Assembly (NCBI GenBank): GCA_052327205.1
Contig: CM126203.1
Coordinates: forward strand, 344,038,001 to 344,102,000
From: Somniosus microcephalus
Taxonomy: Eukaryota
Direction of reading: 5' to 3'
Length of the DNA: 64,000 bases
Positions 55,076 through 64,000 of this stretch are shown here, in pieces (position 1 is the first letter of the stretch; each line of letters begins with the position of its first letter). Both the position numbers and the translations under genes were made by a program. The notes under the pieces are model-generated. The model did not search any database. It saw nothing but the letters and a program-made list of their open reading frames with translations, and had not been told where the DNA came from.

Positions 55076-56501
55076 GCTGTGCTGAAGGGCAGCACGGAGA
55101 GATAATCACCGTGCTGCCCTTCTGGCTGAAGATGGTTGCGAACACTTCAGCCTTGTCTCTTGCATGCTGGGCTCCACCATCATTGAGGATGGGGATATTG
55201 ATGGAGCCTCCTCCTCCCGTTAGTTGTTTAATTGTCCAGCACCATTCACGACTGGATGTGGCAGCTTTGATCTGATCCATTGTTTGTGGAATAGCTTAAG
55301 GATGCTGCTTCTGTTTATCATGCATGTAGTCCTGTGTTGCAGCTTCTCCAGGTTGGCACCTCATTTTTAGGTATGCCTGGTGTTGCTCCCACCATGTTCT
55401 TCTATGCTCTTCATTGAACCAGGGTTGGTCCCCTGGCTTGATGGTAGAGTGAGATATGCCAGGCTTGTGGTAGATACAATTCTGCTGATGCTGATGGCCC
55501 ATAGCGCCTCATGGATGCCCAGTTTTGAGCTGCTGGATCTGTTCTGAATCTATTCCATTTAGCGCGGTGGTAGTGCCACACAACACAATGGAGGGTGTCC
55601 TCAGTGTGAAGATGGGACTTCATCTCCACAAGGACTGTCTGGTAGTCACTGCTACCAATACTGTCATGGACAGATGCATCTGCGACAGGTAGATTGGTGA
55701 GGACGAGGTCAAGTAGTTTTTTCCCTCGTGTTGGTTTTCTTACCACCTGTCGCAGAAGCTATGTCCTAAAGGACTCGGCCAGCTCGGTCAGTAGAGGTGC
55801 TACCGAGCCGCTCTTGCTGATGGACATTGAAGTCCCCCACCCAGAGTACAAAGTACACCTGCGACAATACGGCACTTCCCCAGTACTGAGTGTTGGCTTA
55901 GGTGGTGAACTCTACTGCTGGTGTGAGGCAGGGATTTAACCTTCTGACCTAGATGAGAGTGCTGCTAAGGTGTGTAGGAGAGAAAGAAACAAAGGAAGAA
56001 CTTGCCTTAATACAGCACCTTTTCATGACTTCAGGACCTCAAAAAGCGCTTCACAGCCAATGAAGTGCTTTTGAAATGTAGTCACTAGTGTAATGTAGGG
56101 GAGAGAGGTTAAATCAAGTAGTGGTGGTTAGATGAGGCCAAGCTTGTAGGGTGACGGTTAAATTAAGGAAGGTATAGCGTTTGAGGTCTTGGGAAAGGAT
56201 GATTTGGAGTACAGATGGTGCAGTGAATTGTTTTCAACAGAGCTAAAATGCAGAGTGGAAGGAAATGTATGTACAGCAGCATATTTAGAGCTTAAGAACA
56301 AGAGTTCAATATTCAGTGAAACACAGACTCTGGTATTATTGGTAAAATAGCGAAAGAGAAAGAATAATGAGACGAGAGTGAAGTTGGAGGCAGGAAGTAA
56401 GGAGCATTGTCTATCAGACAGCAAGCTTTTGCTATTCCACACATCACATTACCAGAACCCGCGTGCACCAAATAGTGCTTGATCTATGCTTGTTCTAATA
56501 A

Positions 56502-56873
<372 letters not shown>

Positions 56874-57735
56874 CCAGATGGACTGCATTCCTGACCCGAG
56901 ACCTTCACCATCAGAGAAGTTCAGGAAACACCTGCTTGTTGAATAATGGTGAACAATGGACTATGGAAATAACTGAGCTTAGAAACTGGTCCAACTTCAG
57001 ATAAAGATGTGGGAGAGAAGAAGAAATTTGATAAATTTGTTCCTCCGTTAAATTGTAGCTTGCCCCTGTCCAGTGGACTGATTAACTGTTTCTGTGTCAT
57101 ATGGGTTCCCTGTGAGCAAGAAAAGTTCTAGTAGTTAATTCTATCATGAATGTACTATGTCTGTGTACAGTTTTAGAACTTAAGGGTTTGTTCGCTTAGC
57201 TGTGAAACAGAAACCAAGGGAGATATTCAGTAAAACTGATTTTTTGAAAAGAAAACAATCTTTCTTTTATACATTAAATTCACGCCCAAAAAGAGGCAGT
57301 TTTCAGACGTCTCAGGAAACAAAGGTAAATTCCCACCTATTTTGTGTTACATGCCATGCAGTGCATTGTTTTGTAACTGCTTGTCTTTTTTTTTAGTATC
57401 AGCTAGTAAAATCAACACTCTCTTCTTGATTCATTTTCTTTTCAGCATGAATTCCCATTATTTTTCTGGGGGCTGAGGAGAATGTTGCAAAGAGATTTTG
57501 AAAACAAAGTTTCATACGAAGCAGCACTATGCTTACTGTCACCAGTTTAAATGTATATCATTGGTGGTATGCGTACAGGCACTAGACTACTGGAAAGTAG
57601 CAGCATTTCTTTGCCTACATCAATTCCTGTTAATGTGGTAGGCTAGCAATATTTTGGTTGAAATAATCATGTTTGTGACTGTAACCATTTGTATGAATTA
57701 TTTTAAAGAAATAAAACAAAAAGACAGAAAATGTT
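56874..57735 (+). other. CTBP1: CTBP1 3' UTR (end approximate)
   Basis: Repeat-free sequence from the stop codon to the AATAAA, which is followed by a GT/T-rich tract. Confidence 0.75.
57710..57715 (+). promoter_or_regulatory. Polyadenylation signal AATAAA
   Basis: Context ttttaaagaAATAAAacaaa, with GT-rich atgttgtgtgtc about 15-25 nt downstream. Confidence 0.8.
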
Positions 57736-57857
57736 GTGTGTCATTTCACACTATTATTTTTCCTGTACCCACTTTTGGTATATATTGGATATTTGGGATA
57801 AATATTTCTTAATTTGGGCTTTATTCTACCTTAAAGTAAACTAATACAGCGTATCAA

Positions 57858-59250
57858 TAACAATAACTTGCATTTATATAGTGCCTTTAATATAGAAAAA
57901 TGTCACACTGTGCTTCGAGGAGAGGCAAGGAAAAAATGGATGGCAAACAAAGAAGGGAGGTATTAAAAGCTTGGTCAAAGACATGGGTTTTAAGTTGGCT
58001 TTTAAAGGAGGAAAGTGAGGCAGAGGTTTGGCATTTGAAGCGTGTGGAACTTGGGGAGTTGAAGGCACACCTAACCCCCATTGGTGGGGCTAAGGCAGGG
58101 AGAAGCACGAGGCCAAAGTCGGAGGAACGGAGAGTTCGGAGGTGTGCTAACAACGCTGAAGAAGGTGTCGAGAGTTAGGGAGGGGAGAGGCAATGGGGAG
58201 AATGTAAACACAAGAATAAAAGGTTTAAATCTGAAGTGTTGGGGGACCATGAACCAAAGTATGTCAGGTAGGAAAAGGGTGATAAGTAAATTGGACTTGG
58301 CCTGGGAGATGATACGGCAGCAGAGTTTTCAGAGGGTGGAGAATGGGATGCTGGCCAGAAGACAATTGGAATAATTGAGTATGACAAAGGATTGGATGAG
58401 GGCTTCAGCAGCAGATGAGTTGAGATCTTAGAGGTGGAATTTCACGGTCTTTGTGATGGCGAGAATATAGGAAGAAGTATTGAACAGCCTGGTTCAGCCA
58501 GAGACAGTGACCGGGGAGGGGGTAGAGTCTGTGGTAAGAGCTGAAGATGATGGTTTGTGGTGTTCCAAATGTTTAGCTGGAGGAAATTGTGGTTCATTCA
58601 AGATCGAGTTTTGGACAAGCAGTCTTGACAGGTCAAAGGAGGTGAGGGATCAAGAGAGATGGCGGAGAGATAGAGCTGATTGTCATCGGTGTACATGTGT
58701 AAGGTGACCTCCTGCCGGTGATGATGTTGCCCAAGGGTATCATGAGGAAGGGATGAAGGATGGATCCTTGAGGGATTTCCCAGGTGACCGTGCAAGGGTG
58801 GGAAGAGAAGTCATTGCTAGAGATGCTCTGGCTACAGTTATAGGTATAGTAGAATCAAGCTAGCGTAGTCCCATTTGAGCTCGACAGTGGACGATAGTAG
58901 GAGAGCAGGATGGTGTGGTTAATTGTCAAAGGCTGCAGAGAGGTCAAGGAGGGATAATGCACCACAGTCACATTCATAACTTTGGTTTGTGCTGTTTTTG
59001 TGATGTGGACAGGCAGAAACCTGATTGGAGAGATTAAAATGGAGTTGCAGGAAATATGGAAATCTGTTTGAGGTGACAACACGTTCAAGGATTTGGAGAG
59101 GAAAGGGAGAATGGGATTACTGTGATAGCCTGCAAGGACAGATGATGGGGGTGATGGCAGCAGCTCTGAAGGCGAGGGGGACAGTGCTTGAGGAGAGGGA
59201 ACCATTTACAATTCAGCTAGTGGGCACCAGGAAGGTCAGTTTGGTGATCA
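57858..59250 (-). mobile_element. Decayed L2 LINE 3' portion
   Basis: Tail caacaataacttgcatttatatagtgccttt, plus SSFKSQLKTHVF and a YTDDNQLYLS motif. Confidence 0.8.
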
Positions 59251-61746
59251 GATGATACGATGTATAACAGAGTGAATGCAATGCACAAATAATATTGTGT
59301 TACTATGATTAAGCGGTGTTCCTGGCTGTTTGGAGTTCAAGTCTTTCTGGAGGGCCTTGCAACATAGAATCTTGCAGGACAGTAGGAGGCCATTCGGCCC
59401 ATTGTGCCTGTGCCGGCTCTTTGAAAGAGCTGTGCAATTAGTCCCACTCCCCTGCACTTTCCCCATAGCCCTACAAATTTTGCAAACTTAAATCATTGCA
59501 ACTTTTTTAAAGGTATTTAACACTGGTCATTCAGGCAGAATCTAGATATGAAATATCTTAAGTTATAGAGGCTTTAAGCATGATATCGAATTCATTTTAA
59601 ATAAAGAAATGTATGGATGTTTATATAATGTATTTTGTATGTTTTCTAAAAGCAAACTTAATGAAGAGTTGTTTAAACAAAACTATAATTCTGAAAGGTT
59701 CCAGTTATATTGTGCACTTTTGATTGAATTGTTATATTTCTGTTACTCCTCAGTTTATTCTCAAAGCGTTCTCTACCAATGATGGTGGACTTCAGTGGAA
59801 CAATTGATTTTTGAAATGAAGTCTGGCAATCAAGTTTACAGCATCAATTCTGGACTTTAAGCTTTTGAACACCGCTATCCATTAGCTGTTTGGGTTTTGG
59901 GGAGCATTTACACTACAATTGTAGGAATTACTTTCACATCATACAGATGTTTCAGTTGCAGTGTGAAAGCAGCCTGAATCCAGGACCCAACCTGACACGG
60001 GAACAAAGCTCCGAGAGGAGGGAGTCTCACTCCATTTCACCCAAGAGCTAATTTGGGCCTAAACACCTGATTTGTATGATGCCAGTTTAGTGTCAGTACA
60101 AAGTCAAAACTGCTTTGCACCAACACTAAACTCCATGTGAATGCATCCTTAATACTATGGCAGACCTTCTAAGATATTGCCTGCAGTAAGTTAAATACTA
60201 TGCTGTTTTGAAAAGGTAATGTACCATTTACTATAGAATATTATTCTGATGCTACAGTGAAGTTGCTGTTAATTCAACCCTGGGTTAGATCAGAGCTTAT
60301 TTACGCTTCACCAACTTTGTTAAGTGTGATTTGGTCACTCGGAGGTTAGACGTTCTAGCCTAGATTTTCCGATCAGTATTTTAAAGGCAGCAGTATTGAA
60401 TGTTTTGTTTGAGTAAGCCTTCATAGTTTCATTAGCATAAACCATTTCCTTTCCTCGCATTCATTCTGATTACTGACTCCATTTTGTGGACGCATTTAAG
60501 GCATTTCTCCTGCAAGTTAAATCCCTGGGTTACACTATCACAAGTAGATATAGGGCCGTGGGGAGCGACTGATGCGAGAAAGTATCTACCTGAATTTGTA
60601 ATATCTGAAGATACCGCCTCTAGGATTTCCACGTTTAACCAAATCTAAAATTGGATTGGAGAGGATCGGGGATGGGATCATATTCAATTCAATTTTATTA
60701 GCCATATGTACTAGTACAATGGAATGCTTACTCCCCGTAGGGACACGTCAGCTATTTTTACAGCGCTGTGTTCAGAAAGTCAATTCTTTGGCATCCGGTG
60801 GCAGTGGGAGCACGATGTCTCTCAGCCGCTCTGTCCTCCTCGTCACCGCGGCCTCCTCACTGTTGCCGGCTCGGCTCCACGTGTGGTGGCCTGCTTCTCC
60901 CGCTCACCCTCTGGCCACCGTTCTCGGCTCCCCTCCTCCCAGTCGGACTGCGAGTTGTCGTGGCTTGTAGCTTGTTTTCTGAGGTTTGCTTCGCTGATGA
61001 TGAAATTTTGTTCAAAACCTTAATAAACTAACACTGCAACATCATGAGATAAATAGATTTACATTTTTAAAAATGGACTCCTAAATGGTTTTTTTTGTTG
61101 AAATTTCTGCATAACCTACTCACTGGTCTGAAACTGGGCAGGTGAAAACCCTAACCATTTCAGAAGTGATATGTACTGTATAAATGTGGCTTGAAATCAG
61201 AGTAATGAAAAATGATAAACATATATTCTGCACTTATAGACCTTTTTGGATGTCCTGTATGTCTGTTCAGAAGGAAGTAATGGGAAGATATTCTGGAGGC
61301 ATGCGATTAACTTCGTCAAAGGGCTTTATTCATCCAAACTTGCCTTGTGAGTTGAGGTAAATCCTAGAAGTTGAAATCCGTGTTACCATCTCTAATGAGT
61401 ATCGGTAGGTTCAAATATTTAGGTATATATTAACATTGTGATTTTTGTAAATGTTTTTCTCTCCTCTTAAGGTTTTTCCCATGCCTGATAACTGCACAGT
61501 AGAGGATGGGCATTGCCAACTTCTTTTAGACTCGCTGTGAGGAAGTATACAGGGGTGTCTCCTGGATGGCATAAACTCACTTTGTGGGCAATCGCAGCTG
61601 TAACTAGCATATTATTCCATAGCACAAATCATTGGAACACCAACACATTCCCATTTTGCCATATTGTGAGTGATGTTGTTGCAATCATCAAATACAAGGC
61701 ACCAATTAGTAAAAAGGTAGTCAAAGGAAGGGTGGAAACAGCAACA

Positions 61747-63884
61747 GAACTCGAGAGCAAGAAAACAGCTCTACAGAAGCCTGAAGGCCGAGGTCCAACA
61801 AAAAACTCGTGACCTAAAGAACAGATGGTGGGTAGAGAAAGCGCAGGAGATCCAGCAGCTAGCCGACAACCACGACGTGCGTGGATTCTTTAGCGCAGTC
61901 AAGACCATCTACGGCCCAAGGCCCTTCCCCACTGCGGGCCAAGAACGGAGAGGTACTCATTAAGGACAGGGAAGCAGTCAGTGCCTGCTGGAAGGAGCAC
62001 TTCGACGATCTCCTTAACCACGACTCTGTCTTCGACACGAGTGTCCTCAACTCCATCCCACAGCATGCTACCCGCCACCATCTCGGCACAACCCCAGCCC
62101 GGCATGAGGTTGAAAAGGCCATCCGACAACTGAAGAACAACAAGGCCTCAGGAGCAGATGGAATCCCCGCCGAGGCACTAAAGCATAGTGGAGAAGCACT
62201 ACTGGTGCAAATTCATGAACTAATTTCTCTTATCTGGAAGGAGGAGAGCATGCCAGGGGATCTCAGACGCCGTAATTGTGACCATCTTCAAGAAAGGTGA
62301 CAAGTCCGATTGCGGTAATTAGAGGAGTTTCCCTGCTATCTGCCACAGGGAAAGTCATCGCAAGAATCCTCCTCAATCGCCTTCTCCCAGTGGCCGAAGA
62401 GCTTCTCCCAGAGTCGCAATGCGGATTCCGCCCACTATGAGGCACAATGGACATGATCTTCACCACACGTCAATTACAAGAGAAATGCAGGGAACAGCAC
62501 CAACCGCAGTACATGGCCTTCTTTGATCTCACAAAGGCCTTTGACACTGTCAACCATGAAGGATTATGGAGTGTCCTCCTCAAATTCGGCTGCCCTCAAA
62601 AGTTTGTCACTATCCTCCGCCTGCTTCACGACACGCAAGCCGTGATCCTGACCAACAGTTCCACCACAGACCCAATTCACGTACGAGCTGGAGTCAAGCA
62701 AGGCTGTGTCATCGCAGCAATGCTCTTCTCAATCTTCCTTGCTGCAATGCTCCATCTCACCCTCAGTAAGCTCCCCACTGGAGTGGAGCTAATTTACAGA
62801 ACAAACGGGAAACTGTTCAACCTCCGTTGCCTCCAGTCCAGATCCAAGGTCGTCCCATCCTCTGTCATCGAATTACAGTATGCAGACGATGCTTGCATCT
62901 GCGCTCACTCGGAGGTCGAACTCCAAACCATCGTAAACACCTTCACCGAAGCATACGAGAGGATAGGCCTTACACTAAACATCCGTAAGATAAAGATCCT
63001 CTACCAACCTGCCCCCGCCACACAGTGCTGCCCCCCGATTATCAAAATCCACGACAAGGCCTTGGACAACGTGGACCACTTTCCATACCTCGGGAGCCTA
63101 CTGTCAAAAAGGGCAGACGTCGACGACGAAGTCCAACACCGCCTTCAGTGTGCCAGTGCAGCCTTTGGTCACCTGAGGAAGAGAGTGTTTGAAGACCAGG
63201 ACCTCAAACCCGGCACTAAGCTCATGGTCTACAGGGCAGCAGTGATACCTGTCCTGTATGCCTCAGAGACATGGACCATGTACAGCAGGCACCTCAAAGC
63301 ACTGGAGAGGTACCATCAACGCTGCCTCCGCAAGATCCTGCAAATCCATTGGCAGGATAGGCGCACCAATGTCGGTGTTCTTGCTCAGGCCAACATCTCC
63401 AGCAGCGAAGCTCTGACCACACTCAATCAGCTCAGATGGACGGGTCACATTGCCCGCATGCCCGATACGAGACTCCCAAAACAAGCGCTCTACTCTGAGC
63501 TCCGGCACGGCAAGAGAGCCCCAGGTGGGCAGAGGAAACGCTTCAAGGACACCCTCAAAGCCTCCTTTGGAAAAAGTGTAACATCCCCACTGACACCTGG
63601 GAATCCCTGGCCCAAGACCGCACAAAGTGGAGGAGAAGCATCCGGGAAGGCGCCGAACACCTCGAGTCTCTTCGCTGGGAGCAAGCGGAAGCCAAGTGCA
63701 GGCAGCGCAAGGAGCGCACGTCAACCCAAACACCCCACCCACCCGCCCCTTCAACCACCGTCTGCCCCACCTGTGACAGAGACTGTAGGTCCCGCATTGG
63801 ACTAATCAGTCACCTGCGAGCTCATTTTTAATGTGGAAGCAAGTCATCCTCGGTTCCAAGGGACTGCCTAAGAAGAAGAAGAAG
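61747..63884 (+). mobile_element. 5'-truncated RTE-clade LINE with a frameshifted RT ORF and (AAG)n tail
   Basis: KNNKASGADGIPAE, FFDLTKAFDTV, GVKQGC, LQYADD, FPYLGS and QLRWTGHIARMPDTRLPKQ motifs. Ends gtcatcctcg...gggactgcct(aag)5. Confidence 0.93.
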
Positions 63885-64000
63885 GGGCAGATTAGGGACC
63901 AAAAAGGAGATATTCTTGTGATGGCAGAGGGCATAGCTGAGGTATTAAGAGTACTTTGCATCTGCCTTCACTAGAGAAGAGGATGATACCAATGTAGCAG

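Larger units (their letters stand above)
54296..55850 (-). mobile_element. Degenerate CR1-clade LINE (endonuclease and 3' end) with a nested Penelope fragment
   Basis: PTRGKKLLDLVLTN...IGSSD and QPWFNEE motifs. The 3' end is tgggatgtgggcgtcgct...gcatttattacccat. Confidence 0.8.

Noticed and set aside
62447-63805. 452-aa ORF as a host gene or active retrotransposon
   Set aside because: It is a 5'-truncated RTE ORF with upstream stops and frameshifts and a frameshifted C-terminus, so it is non-autonomous.

Overview
Eukaryotic genomic DNA, very probably from a cartilaginous fish (shark), judged from its repeats: CR1 LINEs with HE1-type tails, DeuSINE/SacSINE1-like SINEs and Penelope-like elements. 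The window holds most of the CTBP1 gene on the + strand: eight GT-AG-bounded coding exons (19799-56873) encoding about 427 aa that end in VKPE..DQL*, plus a 3' UTR with AATAAA at 57710. The start-codon exon is not securely identified and may lie upstream of the window. Introns and flanks are filled with decayed CR1, L2, RTE, Penelope and hAT fragments, SINEs, MITEs and two solo LTRs. The most notable observations are: an intact minimal hammerhead ribozyme from a Penelope-like element, antisense in the last intron, plus two broken ones (one split by a CR1 insertion); a candidate 13-nt UGC-flanked microexon at 5288-5300; an inverted pair of solo LTRs; a G-rich minisatellite; and an LF-SINE-like element. 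No prokaryotic systems are present, and most ORFs in the track are spurious or TE-derived. Comparisons with human or consensus sequences are from memory and need checking.
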